Shown: positions 34,867 to 44,517 of the stretch, in pieces
Layout: each line of letters begins with the position of its first letter
How positions within the stretch are numbered: position 1 is the first letter of the stretch
The notes under the pieces: model-generated
What the model was told of the DNA's origin: nothing
Seen by the model: the letters and a program-made list of their open reading frames with translations, nothing else
Databases searched by the model: none
Position numbers and translations under genes: made by a program
IMG/VR virus record: IMGVR_UViG_3300033075_001877
Location: 6,842 to 70,841 of that record
Reading direction: 5' to 3' (one strand)
DNA length: 64,000 bases
Source: a virus
Taxonomy: Duplodnaviria; Caudoviricetes

Positions 34867-35703
34867 TCAGCCCGCGCGCCAGATCTCGCGGGAGAACGCC
34901 TCGACGCCAGCGCCGACGATCGAGCACAGCCCGGGCCGGGGCACGGCGAGCATCGCCGGCCGGCCGTCGGGCGAGAGGTTGACCACCTGCGGCGCGCCGT
35001 CGAAGAAGACGACCACCTCGCCGCCCCCCGGGCGCCGAAGGATGATCTTCGAGTCGATCACGTAGCCGAAGACGCTCTGGCCCTGCGTGTCGAGCTCGGC
35101 GTAGGCGAAGTCGAGCACCGGCTGCTCGCCGGGCTTCACCGGGCGCTGCGTCGGGTAGCGATAGGTCGGGGTCAGGCCCATGTCGTCCTCCTGAGAATGT
35201 TCCACGTGAAACATCGCGTCGCCGGCCCAGTAGTGCAGGTGCCAGGGCTCCTCGATGTCGATGCCGGCCTCCCAGGACCAGCCGTACGCCACGGCGTGCT
35301 CTTCGAGCCAGCGCAGGCACCAGGTCTGGCTCTGCGTGTCGAGGTCGACGGCGAGGCCCAGCCCGTGGTTCGAGCGCCCCGGGCACGCCGCGCTCGATCT
35401 GCCCGGCAGGCGGAACCAGGTGCGCCCCATGCAGGTCACCACGGCGCCCCCGGTGGGCACCAGAACGTGGCGCTCGAGGAAGTAGCTCATCTGCGTCGAC
35501 AGCGGCCGGTAGCCGTAGCTGGCGCGCAGCTCGTGGTTCGTGGCGCGCTGGCAGTCCGCGGCCATGGCACGCCACGAGCGCGCGGCCCGCGTGTGGAGAG
35601 CGACGCCCGGAGCGATCTCCTCGAGCAGCGCCGGGTCGATGGCCCCATTCGTCTGGCCGACCAGGTCTGCCGGCAGGACGATCGAGATGATGGGGCGGCT
35701 CAC
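34867..35703 (-). CDS. endolysin, M15-family (LAS) Zn peptidase + uncharacterised C-terminal domain
   Basis: 'SYGYRPLSTQ', 'PGRSNHGLGLAVD', 'EEPWH'. Confidence 0.88.
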   Translation of the reverse strand: MSRPIISIVLPADLVGQTNGAIDPALLEEIAPGVALHTRAARSWRAMAADCQRATNHELRASYGYRPLSTQMSYFLERHVLVPTGGAVVTCMGRTWFRLPGRSSAACPGRSNHGLGLAVDLDTQSQTWCLRWLEEHAVAYGWSWEAGIDIEEPWHLHYWAGDAMFHVEHSQEDDMGLTPTYRYPTQRPVKPGEQPVLDFAYAELDTQGQSVFGYVIDSKIILRRPGGGEVVVFFDGAPQVVNLSPDGRPAMLAVPRPGLCSIVGAGVEAFSREIWRAG

Positions 35704-35951
35704 GTCAACACGGTAGCCGGTGGCTCCTCATCGGGCGGGACCTCGATGCCGTGGCGCGCCAGCTCGACGGCGTAGCGGTTCGCGCGCCGGCGCTCGCGGT
35801 CGCGGTCCTCGATCGTTCGATGGAGCTCGACGGCGTAGCGGTTCGTGAAGTCGCGCTGGAAGCGCACGACCATGTGCGCCAGATACGTCGCAACGAGGCC
35901 GCCGCCGCCTGCGAAGCCGAGCTGAGGGTAGAGGTTGGCGAAGTCCTTCAT
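35700..35951 (-). CDS. lysis-cassette membrane protein (1 TM + coiled coil)
   Basis: Hydrophobic N-terminus; NRYAVEL duplicated (22-bp repeat at 35761 and 35824). Confidence 0.6.
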   Translation of the reverse strand: MKDFANLYPQLGFAGGGGLVATYLAHMVVRFQRDFTNRYAVELHRTIEDRDRERRRANRYAVELARHGIEVPPDEEPPATVLT

Positions 35952-36382
35952 CCCCTGGCCCGTCGGTCGATGGCGATGGCTACCTGGATCAGGTGGAGGA
36001 TCACCTCGGCCAGGGTCAGCACGACGTAGATCGACGCGCCGATCAGGTTGGGCCAGAGGTCCTCGAGCGAGGAGGCGCTGTCGCCGTAGTAGGCGAAGGA
36101 CACAGCGCGCCCCATGAGCGTCCAGGTGGTCACCAGCATCGCCACCGTACCGAAGCGGTTCACGTCGGGACGCGCCGCCGACGCCACGAGCGCGCTCGCG
36201 GCCAGCCACAGGAAGAGGTCGGCCATGGCGTGGCTCGTGAAGCCGTAGATGCCGCGCCCTGACGGCGCGAGCGCGAGCTCGACGCAGTAGGCCGCCAGCG
36301 CCAGTGGCCAGATGCGCAGCGCGAGCACCTCGATGGTGTGCCCGCGCCCATCGAGCACGATGCGGACGATGCGGGCGGTCAT
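35948..36382 (-). CDS. lysis-cassette multi-pass membrane protein
   Basis: About four TM segments; coupled to its neighbours. Confidence 0.65.
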   Translation of the reverse strand: MTARIVRIVLDGRGHTIEVLALRIWPLALAAYCVELALAPSGRGIYGFTSHAMADLFLWLAASALVASAARPDVNRFGTVAMLVTTWTLMGRAVSFAYYGDSASSLEDLWPNLIGASIYVVLTLAEVILHLIQVAIAIDRRARG

Positions 36383-36972
36383 GGCACGAAGGACGTCGTC
36401 GCGCCGAGTGCCCGGATCCCCACACCCATCGCCGTGAACCGGCCGGAGCCGGTGCCGGACTCGATGCGGGGAGTGACCTCGACGGTGAGGGTGGCGCCGC
36501 CGGTGATGTACGTCGCGAACGAGTCGCCGATCATCTCCTCGGTCGTGTGCGCGCCAGGGAACCCGTGGAACTTCGCCAGGTCTCCGGTGTCGCCGTTGAC
36601 GTTGTAGGCGACGTAGAGCGATGCCGGGGCCGTCACGATCTCGAACTGGAACTTCACGGTGATGAGCACCATCAGCGCCATGGCGCGCACCGGGCTCGGG
36701 TTCACCAGCGTGCCGGTGATCTTCGGGCCAGTGGCGGTGTAGCTCGCATCGAACACCGCGCCGAGGCCCTGGCTCGACGACACGTTCATGATCTGCGCGT
36801 CGTGCTCGGGCGCAGCGCGGAGCTGGCCGGACTCGTCGCAGTAGATCGGGCCGCCGACGAGCGACGAGGAGCCGAAGATGTCGAGTGGCGCGTCTTCCCA
36901 TGTGCCTGATGTGGCGACCAGGACGTTGTCGCCGTCCTCGGTCAACCCTGCGCCAATACAGACGGCCATCAC
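36379..36972 (-). CDS. minor virion protein, paralog 2
   Basis: 'GGPIYCDESGQLRAAPE' parallels 'GSPVYADEDGLLRTVPE' of the upstream gene; beta-rich. Confidence 0.62.
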   Translation of the reverse strand: MMAVCIGAGLTEDGDNVLVATSGTWEDAPLDIFGSSSLVGGPIYCDESGQLRAAPEHDAQIMNVSSSQGLGAVFDASYTATGPKITGTLVNPSPVRAMALMVLITVKFQFEIVTAPASLYVAYNVNGDTGDLAKFHGFPGAHTTEEMIGDSFATYITGGATLTVEVTPRIESGTGSGRFTAMGVGIRALGATTSFVP

Positions 36973-37598
36973 GGCCTCCCTTCGATGGCGAGCATCCTGA
37001 GCCCGACCGCATAGCCGGACACGTCGACCGTCGCCGTGCGGTCGGCAACGGTGACGCTCTCGGACGCACTGATCGTCAGCGCGGTGCTTGGTGGCACCAC
37101 GACGGTGTAGTGCTCATTGATGATGACCTCGTCGCTCCACGGGAACGTGAGGGGCGCGCCGGACAGGTCCACGTCCGGCCGGCACATGAGCTTGGCGAAG
37201 TCGAGGAAGTTGTCGCCGATACGCAGGTAGCCATGCAGTGCCAGGCCACTCGCGCCCATCTCTTGGATGTCGAGCGTGAACTTGAAGGTCACGGCGAAGA
37301 GGAGCTTCGTCCAGCGGACATCACCCGTGGTGTAGGTGTCGTCCACCAGTAGTGACGAGATGTGCGTCGTCGTGCCGCCAGGGTCGAGCGACACCGCTGG
37401 GTCGTAGCCGTCGGTCCATGACATGACGAGGGCCTGGCGCTCGGGCACGGTACGGAGCAGGCCGTCCTCGTCGGCATAGACCGGCGAGCCGACCGTGTCG
37501 AGCGCGCCGTAGTTCAGCGGGTCTACGCCGAACTCACCCGAGGTCGCGATGGCGATCTCGCCGATCGTGTCGACCAACCCGCAGCCCGTGCACCCCAT
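36969..37598 (-). CDS. minor virion protein, paralog 1
   Basis: N-terminal CxxC; beta-rich jelly-roll-like C-terminus. Confidence 0.62.
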   Translation of the reverse strand: MGCTGCGLVDTIGEIAIATSGEFGVDPLNYGALDTVGSPVYADEDGLLRTVPERQALVMSWTDGYDPAVSLDPGGTTTHISSLLVDDTYTTGDVRWTKLLFAVTFKFTLDIQEMGASGLALHGYLRIGDNFLDFAKLMCRPDVDLSGAPLTFPWSDEVIINEHYTVVVPPSTALTISASESVTVADRTATVDVSGYAVGLRMLAIEGRP

Positions 37599-37599
37599 C

Positions 37600-37941
37600 T
37601 CAGATCCCTCCCACCGCGGTCGCGGCCACTGCCGACAGGTACTGCTCCCGATTCAGGTAGACGACTCCGCGACGTGGCGGAGCACCACCTCCACCGAACA
37701 GCGGATCGCCACCTTCCGTTCCCGGGATCCAGCTCGCATTCACCGTGCGGTGCACGATCCACTCGTTCGAGAGGTGGTCGGCGAGCGCACTGGCGAGCGC
37801 ACGGGCCGGCAGCCGGACGGCCCGTGCGTCGCCCGGAGCGTGCCGGTAGGTGACGCGCTCCTCGCGAGGCAACTCGCGCATGCCGTCGGCCATCGCGACG
37901 GGTTCGAGGTAGTAGCGGGTCAGGGTGAACTCGAGGGCCAC
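37600..37941 (-). CDS. hypothetical structural-region protein (113 aa; probably leaderless)
   Basis: GTG 7 nt after TACGGT (-10-like), just downstream of the tail-tube terminator. Confidence 0.55.
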   Translation of the reverse strand: MALEFTLTRYYLEPVAMADGMRELPREERVTYRHAPGDARAVRLPARALASALADHLSNEWIVHRTVNASWIPGTEGGDPLFGGGGAPPRRGVVYLNREQYLSAVAATAVGGI

Positions 37942-37970
37942 AGCGCACACCGTATGAGGCGGAGAACACG

Positions 37971-38000
37971 GAAGGGTGGAGGCCGGAGCCTCCACCCTTC
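37971..38000 (-). terminator. intrinsic terminator-like hairpin after the major tail gene
   Basis: 13-bp perfect stem GAAGGGTGGAGGC / GCCTCCACCCTTC with a 4-nt loop; weak U-tract. Confidence 0.75.
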
Positions 38001-38029
38001 GCATGGCGTCACCCCGACGATCGTTGGGA

Positions 38030-38719
38030 TCAGGTGGCCGAGACCAGACCGCAGCCCGTGGTGGGCAGGTGGGTTGCGAGCAACATCGCGTAGGGAGCGT
38101 CGTCGCCCAGCGGGGCGTCGGCCTCCCACTCCGCCGGCACCGGACCCTCGCCCCACGCGGAGTTCGCCGTGGACCAGCCCTGCAGGCGCAGGATGGCCGC
38201 GGCGTCCTCGAAGGTGCGCTCGGCGATGTGGAACTTGCACCGCGGGAAGATGTGGCGGGCGTACTGCGGGTTCGACCCGACATCGCCGCAGGGGCCGCCC
38301 TCCTTCGAGGTGCGGGTGAAGATCTCGAGCGAGCAGCCGTTGTACGGGTCGGCGTTCGGGCCACGCGACTCGTAGCCGATCACCTGGGTCGGCCAGGTGG
38401 TGCCGGAGTCGCCGATGAGCAGCGTCGAGCCGGTCGCGATCTCGATGAGCTCGAGGTCGAAGAGCACGAGCTGCAGGTCGAGGTTGTACCGCTTGATGAT
38501 GTCCTCGGACTCGGCGGTGTAGGCCACCTTCCCGCAGCCGGTCTTCGGCTCGTAGCGGGTGCCCTGCTCGACCTCGGGCGTCATCGTGAGCGACACGAGC
38601 GCGCCGGTGACGACCACGTCGCCGGAGGCGCCCGAGGGCACACACGTTGCGCCCAGGCGCGCCACGCGCAGCGCACACGCCTGGTACTGACCGATGCAGG
38701 CGACCTGGTTCGTGGTCAT
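38030..38719 (-). CDS. major tail tube protein
   Basis: 'CALRVARLGATC', 'YEPKTGCGKVAY', 'FDLELIEIATG'; strong RBS GAGGAG; followed by a terminator. Confidence 0.8.
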   Translation of the reverse strand: MTTNQVACIGQYQACALRVARLGATCVPSGASGDVVVTGALVSLTMTPEVEQGTRYEPKTGCGKVAYTAESEDIIKRYNLDLQLVLFDLELIEIATGSTLLIGDSGTTWPTQVIGYESRGPNADPYNGCSLEIFTRTSKEGGPCGDVGSNPQYARHIFPRCKFHIAERTFEDAAAILRLQGWSTANSAWGEGPVPAEWEADAPLGDDAPYAMLLATHLPTTGCGLVSAT

Positions 38720-38802
38720 GATTCTCTCCTCAGGGAGTCGGACTGGCGCCGATCCTGGCGTCCGTCCTTGGGGAATGTCAGATCGAGCGCGAGCATGGGC
38801 CG

Positions 38803-39150
38803 GTGAACCTGCGCGACCGCATCCTGCGCCACATCGACCGCGAGGGCCCGCACCCGAAGTGGTGGTGGGACGGCGAGGCCTATGTGCCGGCGCCGGCCAG
38901 CGTCGGCCGATGCTGGGTCTGGACCGGCAAGACCGACGAGAAGGGCTACGGCCGCTTCCGGGTCGAGACGCGCGTGATGCAGGCGCACCGCGTCGTGTGG
39001 AAGGCCGTCGGCCGGATCGTGCGCACGAACGAGCACCTCGACCACCGCTGCCTGACGCGCAGTTGCGTGCGACCTGACCACCTCGAGCCCGTCACCCCGA
39101 CGGAGAACGCACGCCGAGCGCGGCTGAGCTCAGTGCTCGGGGTGAGCTGA
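38803..39150 (+). CDS. free-standing HNH endonuclease (HNH_3-type), antisense within the late operon
   Basis: 'CWVWTG...GYGRF...AHRVVW...LDHRCLTRSCVRPDHLEPVTPTEN'. Confidence 0.9.
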   Translation: MNLRDRILRHIDREGPHPKWWWDGEAYVPAPASVGRCWVWTGKTDEKGYGRFRVETRVMQAHRVVWKAVGRIVRTNEHLDHRCLTRSCVRPDHLEPVTPTENARRARLSSVLGVS

Positions 39151-39151
39151 C

Positions 39152-40081
39152 TCACCAGCAGGTGATGATCACGAGCCCGCCACCGCCGTCGCCGCCGCGG
39201 CCACCAGTGACCCCGCCACCGCCGCCTGCGCCGCCGCACCCGTAGCCCCCGTCGCCGCCGCGGCCCCCGGTGCCGGCAGCGCCGTTCGTGCCGCCCCCGG
39301 TGCCGCCCTGGCCGCACATGAGCGGCGAGAACCGGAAGGTACCGGGGTTCCCGGCGCCGCCACCCGAGGCACCGCCGTTGATCCCGGTGAGGAACGAGTT
39401 GCCGGCCGGGATGGACTGGCCGCCGCCAGCGAAGTTCGTGTTCGCCGCCGGGGTCGTGCCACCACCTGCGCCACCGGTGGTGATCGCCGCCGCGAACGCG
39501 ACCGGGGCTACGCCGGCGGCGCCGCCGACAGCGCCTGCAGCGGCGCCGATGCACCCGACGGACGCTCCGAACGAGCCGAGTGCTCCGAGGAACCCGAGTG
39601 CTTGCGTCGCGACGGTGCCCGCGGCGCCGCCGGTGCCCGCCGCAGTGGACCCGCCGACGCCGCCACCGGCGTTCGCGGCGCCCGACGAGAGGAACGTGTT
39701 GCCAGCGGCCTGGGCAACAGGGAGGGCCTGGATGTAGGTGCGCGCGCCGGCGCCACCGGTGGAGCCCGTCGCGCCAGCGGCGCCGCCTGCGCCGCCCGGT
39801 GGGACGGTGAGGTGCAACGCGTCCGGGATCGCGTGCGCTGGCAGGACCAGCGATGCGGCCCCGCCGGACCCACCACCACCACCACCACCGCGCACCGTGC
39901 CCGTAGCGCCGGTCGACCCGCCGCCGCCGCCCGCGCCTGCGCCGAGGACCCACAGGTGCACGAACCGCACCCCGGACGGCTTCACCCACCGCTGGAACCC
40001 GGCGGTCCCACCGACCGGGGCCACCGGGTAGAAGACCTGCCGGTGCAGGATCTGCTCGGACGCGAACGGAGGAACGAGCAT
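39152..40081 (-). CDS. glycine-rich virion protein
   Basis: 'WVKPSGVRFVHLWVLGAGAGGGGG' start and 'GGDGGGGLVIITCW' end, typical of the phage glycine-rich domain. Confidence 0.78.
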   Translation of the reverse strand: MLVPPFASEQILHRQVFYPVAPVGGTAGFQRWVKPSGVRFVHLWVLGAGAGGGGGSTGATGTVRGGGGGGGSGGAASLVLPAHAIPDALHLTVPPGGAGGAAGATGSTGGAGARTYIQALPVAQAAGNTFLSSGAANAGGGVGGSTAAGTGGAAGTVATQALGFLGALGSFGASVGCIGAAAGAVGGAAGVAPVAFAAAITTGGAGGGTTPAANTNFAGGGQSIPAGNSFLTGINGGASGGGAGNPGTFRFSPLMCGQGGTGGGTNGAAGTGGRGGDGGYGCGGAGGGGGVTGGRGGDGGGGLVIITCW

Positions 40082-40530
40082 CAGTAGTCCCCCGTGCCGA
40101 GCGCGAGCGCCTGCACCGCGGTGTTTGCCGCTGGTGCGTGGTGCATCGAAACGAGGAGCGTCTGCCCCGCGGCGAGGAACGAGTTGACCTGCACCTCGAA
40201 GAAGTTGGTCTGCACGGTCGCCTGGTCGGTGGTCACTGCCGGCATCGCGACCTCGTCGACACGGAACGTGTCGCCCTTCGTCGTCGTGCCCGAGGTGATC
40301 GTCGAGATGTAGACGCGGCCGACGGTTGCGGTCGATGCCGTGGACGCGGTCGAACCGGAGATGACGAAGCGGACCTTGCCGACGTAGGAGCCGTTCGCGC
40401 CTGCGGTGTGGAGGATGAAGATGTCAGTGCCGATCGTGCCGGCGCCGTCGTTCTTGACGTTCGCCGCGGTGAGCTCCACGGCTGGCGACTTCGGGGTCGC
40501 GATGTAAATGGGCGTGACGCCTGCGGACAT
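40081..40530 (-). CDS. virion structural protein (beta-rich, 149 aa)
   Basis: Within the fibre cluster; TAGGAG RBS. Confidence 0.62.
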   Translation of the reverse strand: MSAGVTPIYIATPKSPAVELTAANVKNDGAGTIGTDIFILHTAGANGSYVGKVRFVISGSTASTASTATVGRVYISTITSGTTTKGDTFRVDEVAMPAVTTDQATVQTNFFEVQVNSFLAAGQTLLVSMHHAPAANTAVQALALGTGDY

Positions 40531-40542
40531 GCGGGGATGCTC

Positions 40543-41382
40543 CTAGATCGAGGGGACGTTGCGGGTTACGGCGAGTGCGACACCGGCGAACGTGAGGGCG
40601 TGCTCGGTGTCGGTCAGGTCGCGGTAGTAGGGCTTGCCGTCGGTGGCCTTGACGTAGAGCTGCGCGCCGCCCGTGGTGGACGGGACTGGCGTGGGGGCGA
40701 CGCCGGGGGTGAGGGCGAGCCACGCGGAGTCGGTGTTGCTGGCGAAGATCGCCGCCCAGTGGCTGGCGCCAGCGTCGGTGCCCATGACGCTGATCGACGC
40801 GCGCGCCTCATGGGTCGCGTTGTCGACGTAGGTGTTGATGGTGATCGTGCCGACGTTGTCGGTGCCGATCTCGCTGGACTCGATGAGCCCGGCCGACTCC
40901 GCCCACGCCCCGGCGGTGTCGATGGACGGACCCAGGCCCATGTAGCCGCGGACGTTGTCGCCGGCGTCTTGCGCGTACCCGGCGATACCGGCAGAGCTGA
41001 GGCCGCTCGAGGTCGTGGCATCCGTGGCGACGAGCTTGAGCGTCGAGTGGTCGTCGGCTTTGGCACTGAGGGTGACGATGATCTCGTCCTGGTCGGCGTC
41101 GGTGGAGTAGCCGAACTTCACCCACGCCTGGTCGTCGTCGCCGGTGCCTGCCGGGTCCGACAGGATCAGCGACGCGTCGGTGTGGGTTCCTGGATCGCCA
41201 AGCCGGGCGCGCAGGGCGGCGTCGCCAGCCCCGCCTCCGGTGAGGTCGGTCTCGGTGCCGGCGTCGTCCTTCCAGTAGACCTTGCCGTCCGTCTTGGCGT
41301 AGAGCGCACCGACGCCACTGTCCGGGGTGCCCGGGGCGGTCTGCTCAGCGATCTCGATGGGTCCCACGAACCGGTTGCCCAT
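40543..41382 (-). CDS. fibre/decoration protein
   Basis: Two copies of the 'AP.TP.SG...LYAK.DGK.Y.K.D.GTE..LT' module. Confidence 0.65.
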   Translation of the reverse strand: MGNRFVGPIEIAEQTAPGTPDSGVGALYAKTDGKVYWKDDAGTETDLTGGGAGDAALRARLGDPGTHTDASLILSDPAGTGDDDQAWVKFGYSTDADQDEIIVTLSAKADDHSTLKLVATDATTSSGLSSAGIAGYAQDAGDNVRGYMGLGPSIDTAGAWAESAGLIESSEIGTDNVGTITINTYVDNATHEARASISVMGTDAGASHWAAIFASNTDSAWLALTPGVAPTPVPSTTGGAQLYVKATDGKPYYRDLTDTEHALTFAGVALAVTRNVPSI

Positions 41383-41389
41383 GCGTACC

Positions 41390-42745
41390 TCAGCTCGTCG
41401 ACGCGATTGAGATGATCGCGCGAGGGATGTTGGCGGTGGTCACGTTGATGATCCCAGTGGTGGGCCACGAGGTGCCGAAGACGTACGCGTACGCGACGCC
41501 GTTGGCGTGGTAATTCGGGAAGTGCCGCTGCAGGGTCGTCCACTCCTCAGCAAAGGTGAGAGCAGAGCCGGCCACGAGGCCGCCATCGGTGCCCGAGTGC
41601 AGAAAGACGAGGTTGGGGTGGAACGTGTTCGTGCCGGTCGGGGCGTCGGCGTTGCCGGTGGTGGTCGACGCCGTCTCGTCGACCGACAGCCAGTTCTCGA
41701 CCTCGACGAGGATCACGGAGTTGAACTCGGCGGTGCTGTCCCAATCGAACTGGTAGCTGTTCGATTCGGCCGCCCCGACGGTGTGCGTCCAGCATTCGAG
41801 GCTCGTGCTGTCGGTGACCGCGACGTCGTAGCGGTTCGTCCATGAGCCCGAAGCCGGCGTGCACGTGCGCGCGCCAACGGAGTGCACGAAGGCCACCAGC
41901 AGGTTGCCTTCGGTTGGTGCCGCGTCCATCACGATGGTCGTGGTGGTGACCGTGGCGCCACCGCTCCCGCCGCCCACCTTGTGCTGGACGACCTGTGGGG
42001 GCGCGTCCGCGCTCGCACGCGTGACGAGGCGCTGGGCGATCCACGTCGAGCCGTCTGCGCAGAGGAAGCGCCAGACGTCGATCACCGCGATGCCGGCGCT
42101 CGGCTGCTGGGTCACGCCGTCGGGCCAGAGGACGGTGCCCGGCCAGGTGACCGTCCAGTCGCCGGTCGAATCCTGCTCGGTGGCGAGCACGAAGGAAGCG
42201 CCGACGGCAGCCGTCGGGAAGGTGATCGTGCAGTCCGCAGTGAGCACGAAGCGGTTGACCTCGTCGATCGTCGCTGCCAGCACGGTCTCTGACGCGCCGG
42301 TGGCCGCGACGTCGTTGACGTCGTAGACCGCAGGCAGCCCACTCACGCCACCGATCACCGTGACGCGCAGCGACGACGACGCCGGTGCGTCAGGGAAGCC
42401 CAGAGTGATCGTGTCATCCGTGGCGTGCACAACCGACGTCGCCACCTCGGTGTAGGGCGAGGCGGCCAACGTGAGGCCCACCAGTACGGCACGCGTACCG
42501 AGCCCGTGAGTCACCGTGATCGAGGTCGAGGAGCCGTCACCGATGAGCGCCGTGTAGACGCCGCCGCCTCCACCGCCACCAGTCAGCTCGTACTCGGTCC
42601 CCGCATCGTTCTTCGCGTAGAGCTTCCCGTCGCTCTTCGCGTAGACGCGCATCCGCCCCGAGGCCGGCGTTGCCGGGGCGGTCTGCTCGGCGACATCGAC
42701 GAAGCCGTTGACGTCGATGTCGCCGTTGAGGGGAAGGGTGCCCAT
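41390..42745 (-). CDS. fibre/decoration protein
   Basis: Same N-terminal module, a 'GDGSSTSITVTHGLGT' module, and a Ser/Thr-rich beta C-terminus. Confidence 0.68.
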   Translation of the reverse strand: MGTLPLNGDIDVNGFVDVAEQTAPATPASGRMRVYAKSDGKLYAKNDAGTEYELTGGGGGGGVYTALIGDGSSTSITVTHGLGTRAVLVGLTLAASPYTEVATSVVHATDDTITLGFPDAPASSSLRVTVIGGVSGLPAVYDVNDVAATGASETVLAATIDEVNRFVLTADCTITFPTAAVGASFVLATEQDSTGDWTVTWPGTVLWPDGVTQQPSAGIAVIDVWRFLCADGSTWIAQRLVTRASADAPPQVVQHKVGGGSGGATVTTTTIVMDAAPTEGNLLVAFVHSVGARTCTPASGSWTNRYDVAVTDSTSLECWTHTVGAAESNSYQFDWDSTAEFNSVILVEVENWLSVDETASTTTGNADAPTGTNTFHPNLVFLHSGTDGGLVAGSALTFAEEWTTLQRHFPNYHANGVAYAYVFGTSWPTTGIINVTTANIPRAIISIASTS

Positions 42746-42749
42746 GCGG

Positions 42750-44042
42750 TCAGCCGATCACCGTGATGCGGTACTGGTTCGACGTGATCGTGGTGTTCGG
42801 GTTGAGCGTGATGGTGTTCGCGTCCGTGACCTCCCACGGCACGAGCACCATGTCGCCGCCCGCGCCGGGCGTGCGGATCTCCACCTGCACGTCGGTGGTG
42901 TTGAGGCTGTGCACGACGGGCAGTGGATTCGTCGCGCCGTCGCCGATGGTCGCGGAGAACTTCTTCGTGAAGGTCGACGCGAGCATCGCGTCGGTGATGC
43001 CGCCGGCCTTCACGCGCAGCGTGTCCGAGTTGATCTCGAGCGACGAGCCGTCCACGTTCACCGAGAACGTGAGGCCCGTGAGCGTGAGGCCTGCGCCATC
43101 GACGTAGCTGCCGGCGCCGAACTGGGAGAAGGACAGCGACGTCGAGCCGACGGTGATCGGCAAGTTCGTGGTGAGGATCCACACTGTGCCGGCGTTCGTG
43201 GTGCCCTCGTCCACGATGACCGCGCTCGAGGCGATCTCGGTGTCGGCGTCGTAGTCGGTGGCGCGGGTCGGCGCGCCCGACGCGTTGACGGTGTAGATGC
43301 CGTTCTCAGCGCCGGTCGACTGGTTCTTGAGGAGCACGCGATCGCCGGTCGCCAGCGTCACGCCGTCGATCGTGTCGCCGTTCTCGACGCCGCTCGCGAG
43401 CGTGACGTTCGCGGTCGACGCGACGCGCACGTCCTTCCATGAGAGGCCGGCGATCGCGTTGTCGACGTACCCCTTCGTCGCGGCGTCGCTCGCCGCGGTC
43501 GGGGTCGCGAGGTTCGTGATCTTCTGGCTGTTCAGCGACAGGTCGCCGGTGGGTGCAGGTAGCGAGTTCAGCACGCTCACGACGAAGTCGAAGCGGGCAT
43601 TCGTGTCGTCGTAGGTGACCGTGATGCCGGTCTCGGTCCCGCCGGAGACCATCGCACCGATGAGGTCCTGCAGCTCCTCGTCGGTCAGCCCGAGCTCGGT
43701 GCGCGCCTCGGACGGCGTCATCGCGGTGATGTCGCCGGTGCTCTTGCGGCCAACGAAGCGCGAGGCTGCAACCGTGAGCGCGACCGGCGTGTTGTCGGTC
43801 GTCGCGTAGAGCATCGTGTTCGCGTCGAACAGGCTCTTCGCGACGTAGTCGGCGAGATCCCCCTCGGCGAGCACCTTCGTCGTGGTGCCGTTGTAGAACT
43901 CGATGTGCTTGGTCGAGGAGTTGTACCAGAACTGGGCCTCGGCGGGACTCGACGCCGAGCCGACGATGAGCTCCATGAGTGCGCCGAGGAGCTGGCCGGC
44001 CTTCTGCAGGTCCAGGTTGCCGTTGATCTTGATGTCGGCCAT
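42750..44042 (-). CDS. fibre/whisker-type virion protein
   Basis: 'DAATKGYVD', 'VRVASTANVTL...IDGVTLATGDRVLLKNQSTGAENGIY', 'GDGATNPLPVVHSLNT'. Confidence 0.75.
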   Translation of the reverse strand: MADIKINGNLDLQKAGQLLGALMELIVGSASSPAEAQFWYNSSTKHIEFYNGTTTKVLAEGDLADYVAKSLFDANTMLYATTDNTPVALTVAASRFVGRKSTGDITAMTPSEARTELGLTDEELQDLIGAMVSGGTETGITVTYDDTNARFDFVVSVLNSLPAPTGDLSLNSQKITNLATPTAASDAATKGYVDNAIAGLSWKDVRVASTANVTLASGVENGDTIDGVTLATGDRVLLKNQSTGAENGIYTVNASGAPTRATDYDADTEIASSAVIVDEGTTNAGTVWILTTNLPITVGSTSLSFSQFGAGSYVDGAGLTLTGLTFSVNVDGSSLEINSDTLRVKAGGITDAMLASTFTKKFSATIGDGATNPLPVVHSLNTTDVQVEIRTPGAGGDMVLVPWEVTDANTITLNPNTTITSNQYRITVIG

Positions 44043-44055
44043 GTCGGTGTGTCTC

Positions 44056-44517
44056 CTAGGTCAGCACAGCTTTGCCAGAGAAGGCCGCGTTGAAGCGCAC
44101 CGTGACGAACCCTGGCGAAGGGTCGTCGTAGGTCTCAGCGCCCCACTGCACCCTGCCCTGGGTGTCGATACAGGTGATGGTCGGGTAGCCGGGGGAGGGC
44201 CACGCCGAGACGTCGAGGACCCACGTCGTGGACGCGAGCCCGACGGTGATGATCTGTGAGGCCGGGCCCTGCGGACCCGTGTCGCCAGGCGCGCCGTCTG
44301 CGCCGGCCGCACCATCCGCCCCAGGCGCGCCGTCCGCTCCGGGGGCGCCATCCGCCCCCGGAGCGCCGTCCGCGCCAGCAGGACCGCGGGGCCCGACGCT
44401 CGCGGTCGAGACGACCGTGGTCGCGTCCTCGGTCGTGACGACGGCCTCGGCGGGAGCACCATCGACGATCACGGTCGTCTGGACGTTGCGCTGCGTGACG
44501 GTGGAGGCCTGCGTCAT
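44056..44517 (-). CDS. collagen-like (Gly-X-Y) virion protein
   Basis: GPRGPAGADGAPGADGAPGADGAPGADGAAGADGAPGDTGPQGP. Confidence 0.82.
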   Translation of the reverse strand: MTQASTVTQRNVQTTVIVDGAPAEAVVTTEDATTVVSTASVGPRGPAGADGAPGADGAPGADGAPGADGAAGADGAPGDTGPQGPASQIITVGLASTTWVLDVSAWPSPGYPTITCIDTQGRVQWGAETYDDPSPGFVTVRFNAAFSGKAVLT

